From: an uncultured Acidobacteriota bacterium
GTDB lineage: Bacteria; Acidobacteriota; UBA6911
NCBI GenBank assembly: GCA_963843575.1
Contig: CAWJKZ010000013.1
Span: forward strand, 256,001-320,000
Length of the DNA stretch: 64,000 nucleotides
Direction: 5' to 3'
Each line of letters starts with the position of its first letter. Position 1 is the first letter of the stretch. A program made the translations under genes and the position numbers. Positions 1-10,013 of the stretch are shown piece by piece. The notes beneath the pieces were generated by a model. That model made no database searches and had not been told where the DNA came from. It saw only the letters and a list, made by a program, of their open reading frames with translations.

Positions 1-54
1 ACCGCTGCGGGCCATAATTCGGACTGGGTCAAGGGTTCGAAAGGGAGAGGGTCC

Positions 55-900
55 ATGTCTATCCGCAGCACCAGGGTTCCCCTGGACTTCTTCAACGTCA
101 TTTTCATCGGCACGGTGCATCTGGCCGCCATCCTCGGCATCTTCACGTTTACCTGGGGCGCTCTCGGCGTCGGCGTCGCGCTCTGGTGGATCACCGGCAG
201 TCTGGGGATCGGTCTCGGCTTTCACCGGATGCTGACGCATCAGGGGTTTCGTTCGCCCCGCTGGGTCGAGAGGTTTTTGGTCGTGTGCGGCACCCTGGCG
301 GTGCAGGGCGGCCCAATCGCCTGGGTGGCAGGGCACCGGCTGCACCACGCCCACTCCGACCGCGAGCGTGACCCGCACAACTCCCGCAAGGGGTTCTGGT
401 GGGCTCACGTCGGCTGGATCATGTACCGCGATCCGCAGATGGGGACCTTTGCCAACTACAGCAAGTACGCCAAGGACCTGGTGGCCGACCCGTTCGTCCT
501 TTTCCTGGATCGGTGGTACGTCGTGTTGCAGGCGGCGCTCGGCCTGGCTCTGCTCGCCTGGGGCGGCTGGAGTTTCGTGATCTGGGGGATTTTCGTCCGC
601 CTGGTTTTCGGCTGGCACAGCACCTGGCTCGTCAACTCGGCCGCGCACAAGTTCGGCTACCAGACCTACGACTCGCGCGACGAGTCACGCAACTGCTGGT
701 GGGTGGCGCTGTTGACTTTCGGGGAGGGGTGGCACAACAATCACCACGCTTTTCCGCGCTCGGCGCGCCATGGCTTGAGATGGTGGGAGTTCGACCAGAA
801 CTACCTCACGCTAGCGGGACTGAAAAGGCTGGGGTTGGCCTGGGACGTACGCGTGTCCGATCATCTGAGGCTTTCCCGCGGGCACCGCCAGGCGGCCTGA
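55..900 (+). CDS. Delta-9 type membrane fatty acid (acyl-lipid/acyl-CoA) desaturase
   Basis: His boxes HRMLTH, HRLHH and GEGWHNNHH; hydrophobic segments; SD-like GGAGAGG upstream. Confidence 0.93.
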   Translation: MSIRSTRVPLDFFNVIFIGTVHLAAILGIFTFTWGALGVGVALWWITGSLGIGLGFHRMLTHQGFRSPRWVERFLVVCGTLAVQGGPIAWVAGHRLHHAHSDRERDPHNSRKGFWWAHVGWIMYRDPQMGTFANYSKYAKDLVADPFVLFLDRWYVVLQAALGLALLAWGGWSFVIWGIFVRLVFGWHSTWLVNSAAHKFGYQTYDSRDESRNCWWVALLTFGEGWHNNHHAFPRSARHGLRWWEFDQNYLTLAGLKRLGLAWDVRVSDHLRLSRGHRQAA

Positions 901-914
901 TCGGCGTAGACGCC

Positions 915-1626
915 CTATGGGACGTACATGTAGCCGCGCCCGCGCACGCTCACGAAATGGCGCGGCTGGTCGGGTTCCTCTTCGAAGTACCTGCGCAGCC
1001 TGAGGATGAAGTTGTCGACCGTGCGGGTTTCCACCTCGGAACTGTAACCCCAGACCTTTTCCAGCAGCTCGGCGCGCGACAGGACCCGGTTGGGCGCGGC
1101 GGTCAGCACCTCCAGCAGGTTCGCCTCCAGGGCGGTCAACTGAAGATCGCCTCGCGGGCCCGAACCAGTCAGCCTCTCCAGGTCGACACGGTAGCCGGCT
1201 ACCTCCAGTTCCCGGGACCGGCGGTTCCTGCCCGACGTACCACATGGTGCGCTGCAACATGCGACGTATGCGCAGCAACAACTCGGGGAGGTGGAAGGGC
1301 TTGATCATGTAGTCATCCGCGCCGATGGAAAGCCCCAGCACGCGGTCCCGCTCGGTCGATCGCGCGGTGAGCATCAGGATCGGGAGCCTCTGGTCCCTCT
1401 GGCGGATCTGCCGCGCGACCTCGAGGCCGTCCATCTCCTCGATCATGAGGTCCAGCAGCACCAGGTCGAAACGCTCGCTGGCGAGGAGGCCCAGGGCTTC
1501 GCGGCCGCTCGGGGTCGAGCGCACCTGGTAGCCCTCGTGCTCCAGGTTGAACTGGAGCGGCCGGGCGAGGTGGGCCTCGTCCTCGACGAGCAGGATCCTG
1601 GGGTCTTGCTTTGCCGCTTCGCCCAT
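915..1626 (-). CDS. OmpR-family response regulator (apparent frameshift at ~1140-1210)
   Basis: Receiver ILLVEDE...LLDLM...MLTAR...ADDYMIKPF lies in the 811..2613 frame. The winged helix SRAELLEKVWG...RTVDNFILRLR...VRGRGY lies in 915..1139. Confidence 0.88.
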
Positions 1627-2642
1627 CACGCCTGGGCCTCCGTCTGCTTGTGCGCGCGGCCGCCCTTCGGGCCGCTCCAGTACCGTGTCAGGCGCGGCAT
1701 GCGCACGCTGAATGTCGAGCCGCGGCCCGGGCCCGGGCTGACGGCCCAGACCTTGCCGCCGTGGTCCTTGACGATGTTGCGCACGATGTAGAGACCGAGG
1801 CCTGTCCCGCGCGCGTGCGCGCGATAGTTCTGCTCGCCGCGCCAGAACATCTTGAACACGTTCTTGAGGTCCTTGCGCCTGATCCCTTCGCCGTTGTCGA
1901 TCACGTCGAGGCGGCAGCTCCGAAGGTCCCGGTGCAGCCTGACCTTGATCGGAGAACCGCGGGGGGAGTAGCGCGCCGCGTTTTCGATGAGGTTCGACAG
2001 CACTACGTGCATGGCGGCCGTGTCCACCGCGACCCGCGCGTCGCCTCCCTTGGGATCGAACGTCACGACGTGGCCGTCCTTCTCGAACAGGTGGCGGTCC
2101 TGGTCGATGACGTCCTCCACGAAGCGCCGCATGCTGACCGGCTTGGGGCTGTAGCGGCTGCTCCTTCTCTCTATCCGGGCCGCCCCAAGGATGCGGTTGA
2201 TCAGGAGCGTCAGCCGCTCCGTGTCGTCGAGCATCATGCCCAGGAACTCCCGCTTCCTCTCCTCGGGTAGCTCGCGCATGGCCATGGTCTCCAAGGCCAG
2301 CTGTATCGAGGCTACCGGCGATTTGAGCTCGTGGGTCACGTTGGAAACGAACGTTCGCTGCATCTTGTTCAGGTGGTGCTGCTTGCTCCAGTAGATGAAG
2401 ATCATGGTGGCGCCGGCGAGGATCAAGGCCAACAACAGCCCGCCTTCCAGCAGCGGCAACCAGCCGGTCTCGACCTCGGCCTGCGTGCGCAAGCGCTCGG
2501 CCATCTCGCGCAGCTGGGCGTGCTTCTCCAGGTACCAGCGAATCCAGACGACGATCAGCAGGATCCAGAGCACCTGTATGAAGAGGAAGACCGTCACGGG
2601 GTGATAGAGCCACCTGGTGTTGAACCGGAACGGCTTTTTCAT
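1626..2642 (-). CDS. Sensor histidine kinase (HisKA + HATPase)
   Basis: Two TM helices; H-box VTHELKSP, N-box NLIENAARY, DNGEGI and GTGLGLYI; abuts the response regulator. Confidence 0.93.
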   Translation of the reverse strand: MKKPFRFNTRWLYHPVTVFLFIQVLWILLIVVWIRWYLEKHAQLREMAERLRTQAEVETGWLPLLEGGLLLALILAGATMIFIYWSKQHHLNKMQRTFVSNVTHELKSPVASIQLALETMAMRELPEERKREFLGMMLDDTERLTLLINRILGAARIERRSSRYSPKPVSMRRFVEDVIDQDRHLFEKDGHVVTFDPKGGDARVAVDTAAMHVVLSNLIENAARYSPRGSPIKVRLHRDLRSCRLDVIDNGEGIRRKDLKNVFKMFWRGEQNYRAHARGTGLGLYIVRNIVKDHGGKVWAVSPGPGRGSTFSVRMPRLTRYWSGPKGGRAHKQTEAQA

Positions 2643-2684
2643 CGGTCCATTCTAACCCCGCGGGAGCAAACTTCCCGCCGCCGA

Positions 2685-3875
2685 TCAGGCAGGCTCCGCC
2701 TGGTGCAGCAGCCGGAGAATCTCGTCGCCGAACTCGCGCACGCGCCAGCGGCGCATACCCTCGACGGCTTCGAGCGCCACCAGATCGGCAGGAGGAAAGG
2801 ACGCCAACGATTCGAGGAGATTGCCGGGGAATATGACCCCGACCGGGAGCTGTAATTGGAGGGCCTTGTTCGTCCTCCAGAGCCTAAGCGCCTCGAGCCT
2901 CTGCCGCGTTTCACGCGACGGGGCTCTCCAGAGCTTCGGCGCCTGCGGCATGACCGCATCGGATTCCTCCGCCCGCGCCCGTTCTATGGTCCTGAAGATC
3001 TCGCCGGCGTACTTGCGGGCGACGCGGTACGAAACTCCCGGCCGATGAAACATGTCGCGGGGAGAACGGGGCGGCTGGCGGCTCAGGTCGATCAGGACAG
3101 GAGTGTTCAGGACCTTGAAGGCGGGAACGTCCATCTCACGCGCGTACCGGTCGCGCAAGACGTAGAGCGCCCGCAGCACCCCAAGTTCCTGGAGCGACAG
3201 GTCACGGCTCCCTTTGATCCTGCGGTAACCTTCGGGGTCGAACTCCCGCTCCTGCAGGGCGGCCATCGCCTCTGTCTCGAATTCCTCCTGAGCCCACGAG
3301 AGGCGGTTCTTCTCGCGGAGCTGCTGTTCCAGCACATCCCGAAGATGCAACAGGTGGTGCGTGTCCATCGCCGCGTATTCGAGCTGCTCCGACGCCAGGG
3401 GACGGCGCGACCAGTCATCGCGCTGACGTCGCTTGGAATGGTTTATGCCGAGCAGTTTGTCCATCAGCGCGCTCAGGCCGAGCAGTTCATAACCGACCAG
3501 CTGGGCGGCCGCATGCGTGTCGAAGATCTTCGCAAAGGTGAACCCGTAATCCCGACGCAGGCAATGAATGTCATAGGTCGCCGCGTGGAAGACCTTCTCC
3601 ACCCCCAGGTCCGACATCAGAGGGCCGAGGGGATCCAGGTCCCGGATCACCAGCGGGTCCAGCACGAATGTTTCCCTGTCCGTCGAGATCTGGACGAGGC
3701 AGACCTTTTCAAAGTAGTGGTACAGGCTGTCCGCCTCGATGTCGATGGCCAGGCGGCCCGCAGGCCGGAGGCTTTCCATCATCGCCTGGAAGGTGTCCGC
3801 CGTGGCAACCCAGGTGTAGGGAGGGGCAGTCTCTTCGTTCCGGCCGGGTTCGGTGGCGCTAGAATTCATATACAA
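2685..3875 (-). CDS. rnd: Ribonuclease D (3'-5' exonuclease + HRDC domains)
   Basis: AIDIEADS, KVFHAA.YD, FDT, DDWSRRPL, YAAMD exonuclease motifs; two HRDC-like regions. Confidence 0.88.
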   Translation of the reverse strand: MYMNSSATEPGRNEETAPPYTWVATADTFQAMMESLRPAGRLAIDIEADSLYHYFEKVCLVQISTDRETFVLDPLVIRDLDPLGPLMSDLGVEKVFHAATYDIHCLRRDYGFTFAKIFDTHAAAQLVGYELLGLSALMDKLLGINHSKRRQRDDWSRRPLASEQLEYAAMDTHHLLHLRDVLEQQLREKNRLSWAQEEFETEAMAALQEREFDPEGYRRIKGSRDLSLQELGVLRALYVLRDRYAREMDVPAFKVLNTPVLIDLSRQPPRSPRDMFHRPGVSYRVARKYAGEIFRTIERARAEESDAVMPQAPKLWRAPSRETRQRLEALRLWRTNKALQLQLPVGVIFPGNLLESLASFPPADLVALEAVEGMRRWRVREFGDEILRLLHQAEPA

Positions 3876-3970
3876 ATCAGAGGTTAACAGAGAAAAAATA
3901 CATTATACAACCCCAACCGGAAAACACTCCGTCCGTGCGACAACTCACGCCGCTTTCTCTTCCGGCACGT

Positions 3971-5302
3971 TCAGGGTCTTCTCAGACCGTACTTGTGGAT
4001 CTTGTTGTAGAGGGTGACCCGGTCGATCTCGAGCACCTCTGCGGAACGCGATATGTTCCAGTTGTTCAGGGCCAGGACGCTCGTGATGTGACTCTTCTCC
4101 ACGGCGGCGAGCGAACCAGATTGCGGCACGTCGACGCGCTGGGACAGGCCGAAAGGGAGATCTTCCGGGCGAATCGCCGGTGGCTTTCCCACCACCATCG
4201 CGCGTTCGATGGCGTTTTCCAGCTCCCGCACATTGCCCGGCCAGTCGTACCGTACCAGGGCTTCCATGGCGCCGTGGGTAATCGAGTCAATCGGCTTGGC
4301 CATCTCGCCAGCGTACTTCCTGAGGAAGTAGTCGGCAAGCAGGGGGATGTCGGACTTGCGCTCGCACAGCGGCGGCAGTTCCACCGTGAATACGTTCAGC
4401 CTGTAGTAGAGGTCTTCCCGGAAGCTTCCTTCCTTGATCGCTTTTTCGAGGTCCTGGTTTGTCGCGCAGATGATCCTGAAGTCAACCTCGACGGTCCCGT
4501 TTCCGCCGACGCGTCTGGACTGCTTGGATTCGATGACCCGCAGCAGATCCATCTGCGTCTTCATGTCGATATGGCCGATTTCGTCCAGGAACAGCGTCCC
4601 CTGATCGGCAAGCTCCAGCTTCCCATTGCGCCTTTGTCCTCCTTCCGCCTCGCTGCCAAACAGTTCGCTTTCGACCACGAGCTCGGGCAGCGCCCCGCAG
4701 CTGACGGTGACGAACGGAAAGTTGCGCCGACTGCTGCCGTCGTGAATGGCCCCGGCGATGAGCCCCTTGCCCGTCCCGCTCTCGCCCCGGATCATGACGG
4801 TCGTGTCGGTCCGCGCCACCGTCTCGATCAGCTCGAAGACTCTCCGGATGGCGGGAGACTCGCCGACAATTTCCCTTCGTCCCGGGAACTGTGCGAGCTG
4901 TTCTTTCAACCTGAGGTTCTCGTTGACCAGTGCCCGCTGCCGGACCGCCTTGTCGATCAGGTGCGACAGGTAGTCGGGATCCACCGGTTTGGTTACGTAA
5001 TCGAACGCGCCCATCTTGAGTGCCTGAACGGCCGTATCGACCGAGGCGTGCGCTGTGATGAAGATGATCGTGGGGGGCGGGTCGATTCCCCTGATGCGCT
5101 GCTGGAGCTCCATCCCGTCCATGTCCGGCATTTTGATGTCGAGCAGGATGATGTCCCAACGCTCGGCCCGCACCAGCCGCATCGCCTCGGCCCCGTTCTC
5201 CGCCGTCCCCACCCGGTAGCCGTCTTCAATGAACCACTTGGCGAGCGATTCCCGGACGATCTTTTCATCGTCGACAACCAGGATCGAAGCGCGGGTTTTC
5301 AT
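3971..5302 (-). CDS. NtrC-family response regulator (receiver, AAA+, Fis HTH); GAFTGA loop absent
   Basis: LVVDDE receiver, GESGTGK, TLFLDEIG, FREDLYYRLNV, WPGNVRELEN, C-terminal HTH. Confidence 0.93.
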   Translation of the reverse strand: MKTRASILVVDDEKIVRESLAKWFIEDGYRVGTAENGAEAMRLVRAERWDIILLDIKMPDMDGMELQQRIRGIDPPPTIIFITAHASVDTAVQALKMGAFDYVTKPVDPDYLSHLIDKAVRQRALVNENLRLKEQLAQFPGRREIVGESPAIRRVFELIETVARTDTTVMIRGESGTGKGLIAGAIHDGSSRRNFPFVTVSCGALPELVVESELFGSEAEGGQRRNGKLELADQGTLFLDEIGHIDMKTQMDLLRVIESKQSRRVGGNGTVEVDFRIICATNQDLEKAIKEGSFREDLYYRLNVFTVELPPLCERKSDIPLLADYFLRKYAGEMAKPIDSITHGAMEALVRYDWPGNVRELENAIERAMVVGKPPAIRPEDLPFGLSQRVDVPQSGSLAAVEKSHITSVLALNNWNISRSAEVLEIDRVTLYNKIHKYGLRRP

Positions 5303-6928
5303 ACACGGCCCTCAGATGCGGGGTTCGCGCCCCCGGTGTGCCGCACGGCGGCCCCGGGGAACCTCAGGGTGAACGCCGTTCCCTCGCCCGGCTGAGATTC
5401 GACCGAGATGCTCCCGCCGTGCCGTTCCATGATCCCGAATACGACCGAGAGCCCCAGGCCCACGCCCTTACCCTCTTTTTTGGTGGTGAAAAACGGCTCG
5501 AAAACATGCTCCAGATCCCCTTGCGCGATGCCCACGCCTGTGTCCGACACCCTGATCTCGAGGTCGCCGGCCGCCGGGCGCGTGATCTGCAGGCGCAGGG
5601 TGCCGCCATTAGGCATCGCCTCCACCGCGTTTACGAACAGCGCCACGAGCGCCTGCTGGATCTGGTTCTCGCAGCACATCAGAGTGATATCCTGCGCGCT
5701 CGGCGATCAGCTCGAATCTGACATTCGAAATCCTGAAGTGGTGCTGCATCAGGGACACAACCCGCCGCACGACCGATTCAATCGGCACCGGTCCCATTTC
5801 ACCTACCTGTTTCCTGGAGAAAAGCAGCAGGTTCCTGACGATGTTTCCGCAGCGTTGGACTTCGTGGATGACCAGGTCGAGCTCCTCGATCGTCTGTTTG
5901 ACCGCGTCCGGAGGGTTCTCGCAACGGCGCAGCCGCTTTGCCATCACCTTGCCGTAGGTCAGGATCCCCTCCAGGGGGTTGTTCAACTCGTGCGCCACCG
6001 TGGCCGAAAGTTTTCCCAGCGAGGCCATTTTCTCGACCTGCAAGATCTGCAGGTGCGCCCGTTTCAACTCGAGGGTCTTCTCCTCCACGCGTCTCTCGAG
6101 CGTTTCCGACCAGTGCCGGTTTTCCGCTTCGACCCTTTCGAGATTCCGGGTCATCTCATTAAACGATCCCGCCAGCTGCCCCAGATCGTCCCGGGCAGAA
6201 ATCGATATGCGGTGCTCGAGGTTCCCCGATGAGACCTGCCTGGTACCCTCTATCAGGATCTTGACGGGGCGGTGGACGGCGAAAAAGAGGAACAACCCGG
6301 AGCCGATGGCGACCGTGACCGCCATGACCGCTCCGTACAGGATCAGTCTTCGCCGCGCGGCGGCAATACCGGCGTCCACTTGTTCCAGCGACATTCTCAC
6401 ATCCAGAACGCCCAGCACCGTAGTGCCCCCCGGATGCGCGTGGCAGGACGCCTCGGAACACGACCGCTCGTTGCGGATCGGGTTGATCAGCCCGACGACG
6501 CGCGTCTGCCTGGGCGTGGTATAGATGCGGGAACGACTCCCGGCCGGCAGGGAGCGGAGCGGTTCGGCACTGTTGTGGCAGGCGTAACACGCCTCGGCAT
6601 GCATGTCCACCACAGTGCCTCCCTCCCCCTTGGCAGTGGAGAACATGATCTCTCCGCGCTTGTTGTAAATGCGGATCCCTTCTACCCCGGGCTCCCGGGC
6701 GATCGTGCTGATGATCTGGTAGACGTCGCCGCGCCGATTCAGCAGCATGCTGTAACGTGTTGAATTTCTTATCACATCGCTGAAGCGCGCGGCGCTGTCC
6801 AGCACGTGGACCATCATCTGGCCGGTGTGCAGCCGGATGGCAAAGTAGGAGTAAAGGCCGAATAACGTGAACAGGAGCACACAGGATCCGGCAAGCACAC
6901 GGAAGGTAAGGGTATGCCAGACTCTCAT
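5299..6928 (-). CDS. Sensor histidine kinase with periplasmic c-type heme motifs and HAMP (apparent frameshift at ~5690)
   Basis: TM, then CYACH and CSEASCH, then TM, HAMP and VAHELNNPL. The HATPase (NAVEAM, DTGVGI, GVGLGLSV) continues in ORF 5299..5679. Confidence 0.87.
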
Positions 6929-7380
6929 TGCGCGCCTGTACGTCACCGTGCCCGAGTAACGGGATGTTATCACGAATTGGTACGGGGCGATAGGCTCTGA
7001 TTTTACGAGATTTGCGGAGGTTTTGAACTCAGAAGTCAGTTGCCTGCATGCACCCGAGCCCGGTGACGCGGATTCCGGCGCCGCAGCGCCGGTCCCAGTT
7101 ACTCTGCCGACTTGCCGGAGATGAACGCCTGGCGGTCATGACCCCGGGCCGGGAAGCCTGGGGCTGCCGGGGTCTTTTCGGCGGCATTCGCGCCACCGAC
7201 GCCCAGCCCGGCTGTAGAATATTTCATCGGCGAATGTCGTATTTTTCCGAATCAGTTCCCGGAGAAGACGCGATCGTTATTTCGTAGGCGGATCCGCCCG
7301 GATCGCAACCAACGGCATTGGCCGCGGAGGCTCGCGTAAGATCACGGATTGCCGGACGCGGCCGATCCGTGAATCCATTA

Positions 7381-7574
7381 GGGTCTGTCACAGAATAACA
7401 GGCCCACTTTGGCGCGAGCGCCGGGCGGGCAGATGCAAGGCGCCGCGACGCAGGCGATGTGGGGACATCGTCGAGGAGCGGCAACGCCGCAAGTGCCCGC
7501 CCGCCGCCGCGCCCCGGCGGGCTGCGGCCCTGAGGGCCTGCAGCAAAGTGGACCTGTTATTCTGTGACAGACCC
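7381..7574 (+). mobile_element. MITE copy A (194 bp), ~30-bp terminal inverted repeats, TTA target duplication
   Basis: Left GGGTCTGTCACAGAATAACAGGCCCACTTT, right AAAGTGGACCTGTTATTCTGTGACAGACCC; TTA at 7378-7380 and 7575-7577; core shared with copies B and C. Confidence 0.85.
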
Positions 7575-7588
7575 TTAGATCCGAATCC

Positions 7589-8332
7589 TCAGATGCGGAT
7601 GAGCATGTTGTCGGAGGCGAGCTCGATGTCGATCTCGCCGCGTCGGGACAGCACTTCGGCTCCAAGGTGGGTGAGAACCAGCCGGTCGGTGCCGAACCGG
7701 TTGCGGTTTCGGGCGATCTGCGGGTAATCGAGGTGGGTGGCGATGTGGGTTTCGAAAAAAGTGCATTCGCAGACAAACAAGTCGGTTCCCTGCGCGTGCT
7801 TTACGAGGTCCTCGGACCAGCCCGTGTCGCCGGAATAGAGGATTCTCCTCCCCCCGACCGTCACGTCGAGCGCGAGCGAAACGTCGGAAGTCTGGTGCGG
7901 CACCCGGAACGGGTGAATCTGAACGGACCCAATCCGGAGCTCTTCCCCGGGGAACATCTCGGTGAACTCGAGCGGAAAGGGAAGCGGCTCTGCGGCGGCG
8001 TCCCGGTACATGGCCCGGAACAGCGCGTCGACCCGTTCCTGGATTCCGGGGGGGCCGGCGACGACAAGAGGGCGGGTGCGGGCCGCCACGTATACTGAAT
8101 CCAGCAGCAAGAAAGGCAAACCGGCGAAATGGTCACCGTGCATGTGACTGATGAGTACGGTATCGATGGAGCCGGTAGAGAGGCCGGAGCGCTTGAGGGC
8201 GGCAAGCACCGTAGCCCCGCAATCCATCAGGAAGGTGGATGCGCCCTCCTCGACGAGGTAGCTTGCCTGTTGCGCGCCGGAGGCGCAGAAGGCGTCGCCC
8301 GTGCCGAGGAACCGGATCTGCAAGCCGCTCAT
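7589..8332 (-). CDS. MBL-fold metallo-hydrolase (RNase Z-like)
   Basis: FLGTGDAF, MDCG, SHMHGDHFAG, YSGDT, LTH. Confidence 0.88.
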   Translation of the reverse strand: MSGLQIRFLGTGDAFCASGAQQASYLVEEGASTFLMDCGATVLAALKRSGLSTGSIDTVLISHMHGDHFAGLPFLLLDSVYVAARTRPLVVAGPPGIQERVDALFRAMYRDAAAEPLPFPLEFTEMFPGEELRIGSVQIHPFRVPHQTSDVSLALDVTVGGRRILYSGDTGWSEDLVKHAQGTDLFVCECTFFETHIATHLDYPQIARNRNRFGTDRLVLTHLGAEVLSRRGEIDIELASDNMLIRI

Positions 8333-8429
8333 CCGGTGAGTATAGCATCCCTCCGGCAATGACGCCGTTCGCCGGGTTGCTGGCGTCCGGAGTCCGGGAC
8401 GGTGGTAGAATTGCGTCCGGTACGGCACG

Positions 8430-9257
8430 ATGGACACGACGCAGAAATTGAAGAAGAAGTTGCTTCGGGCCGTGGGCCGCGCCATCGCGGACTTCGGGAT
8501 GATCCGGGAGGGCGACCGGATCATGGCGTGTCTCAGCGGCGGCAAGGACAGCCATACCCTTCTCGACCTGCTCCGCGACCTGCAACTGCGGGCTCCGGTG
8601 CGGTTCGACCTGCTCGCCGTCAATCTCGATCAGAAACAGCCCGGATTCCCGGCCGAGGTCCTGCCTCGCTACCTTGTCGACATTGGCGTGCCTTTCCGGA
8701 TCGTGCAGAAAGACACCTATGCCTTAGTCAAGGCCAAGGTGCCCGAAGGCGAGACGACCTGCGCACTCTGCTCGAGGTTGCGTCGGGGAATTCTCTACAA
8801 CACGGCCGTCCGGGAAAGGTGCAACAAGATCGCCCTTGGCCACCATGCCGACGACATTATCCAGACGCTGCTGCTGAACATGTTTTTCAACGGCTCGCTC
8901 AAGGCGATGCCGCCGGTCCTGCGCAGCGACGACGGCCGGAACACCGTCATCCGCCCGCTGGCCTATTGCTGGGAATCAGACATCGAAGAGTACGCCGACT
9001 TGAGGGGGTTCCCGATCATTCCCTGCGATCTTTGCGGTTCGCAGCCAGACCTCGAGCGGAAACGGATGCGCCGCCTGATCGACGAACTGCAGCGTGACAT
9101 CCCGCGTGTCCGGGAGTCCGTGCTCGCCGCCCTGGGCCGGGTCGCGCCGTCGCACCTCATGGACCGGAAGCTGCACGATTTCTCGACGTTCCCGCCCGAG
9201 GTCGGGGACGTCGAGGCGGAATTGGATCGCGCCATCCTCCGGCCCGGACCCGCCTGA
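8430..9257 (+). CDS. ttcA: tRNA 2-thiocytidine(32) synthetase
   Basis: SGGKDS PP-loop, [30 protein letters not shown]. Confidence 0.95.
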   Translation: MDTTQKLKKKLLRAVGRAIADFGMIREGDRIMACLSGGKDSHTLLDLLRDLQLRAPVRFDLLAVNLDQKQPGFPAEVLPRYLVDIGVPFRIVQKDTYALVKAKVPEGETTCALCSRLRRGILYNTAVRERCNKIALGHHADDIIQTLLLNMFFNGSLKAMPPVLRSDDGRNTVIRPLAYCWESDIEEYADLRGFPIIPCDLCGSQPDLERKRMRRLIDELQRDIPRVRESVLAALGRVAPSHLMDRKLHDFSTFPPEVGDVEAELDRAILRPGPA

Positions 9258-9343
9258 TGCGGCCTGTCGCGAGGTCGATCCGTGGGGATCCGCGCCAATC
9301 CGCGTCCTTAAAAATACGTCAGCGTATTCTTGTACATCAGTAC

Positions 9344-9907
9344 TTAGCCGGGCTTGCCGCCTCCGCGCGTCCAGGGGCGATCGACCGCGAGATCGGGGTA
9401 CTGCCGGCGAAAGGCAGCCGCGATGTGGCAGTCCCAGCAGATCGGCTGGTGGGTTGCCAATACCTCCGGGAGCGTCTCCGGCGGTATCTGGGCCCACTCC
9501 GCCGTCTCGCCGCCAGGACCCCTGAGGGCCGGTTTGTGCTCCAGCCAATCGATGTGTCCGAGGGCTTTCCCGCACACCACGCAATTGCGGTCCGCATACC
9601 ACTGCGTCAGCATCGTTCGAACCAGGCAGTCCTCGGGTGAGGCTTCGATCTGTGCCAGGCATTCCTGGCCGCAGTTGCGTTTCTCGGGCCAGCGCGTGCA
9701 GGCACTCAGTTCGAGATCGCGGGTCCCGACGGTGGACAAGGCTGCGCGCAGGGCGTCGACCTGCACTGCCGCCGTTTTTTGATTCTCGGGGCACGTGACG
9801 ACACGCGTTCCGCGGAACCTCCGGTAGAGCCGGGCGAGAGGCATCAGGAGAAAGCAGATCGCGGCCACGGCCACGATTCCGGCGAGCAGATACATCACGG
9901 TACTCAT
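9344..9907 (-). CDS. Hypothetical membrane-anchored Cys-rich protein
   Basis: N-terminal TM helix, then TCPE, CTRWP...CGQEC, CVVC, CWDCH; GAGG upstream of ATG. Confidence 0.7.
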   Translation of the reverse strand: MSTVMYLLAGIVAVAAICFLLMPLARLYRRFRGTRVVTCPENQKTAAVQVDALRAALSTVGTRDLELSACTRWPEKRNCGQECLAQIEASPEDCLVRTMLTQWYADRNCVVCGKALGHIDWLEHKPALRGPGGETAEWAQIPPETLPEVLATHQPICWDCHIAAAFRRQYPDLAVDRPWTRGGGKPG

Positions 9908-10013
9908 GTCGGACCTCACTTCGTCGAAACCCGGGGCGTGAAGCCTGGTGGACAACGGGGCGTCCCGCCCCGGGACCGGAAAAACCGGACCAGCGGCGCA
10001 CCCATGGGAAGCT

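Noticed and set aside
7414-7491. Integron attC site in the MITE core
   Set aside because: It lacks paired RYYYAAC/GTTRRRY ends, and there is no cassette arrangement or integrase.
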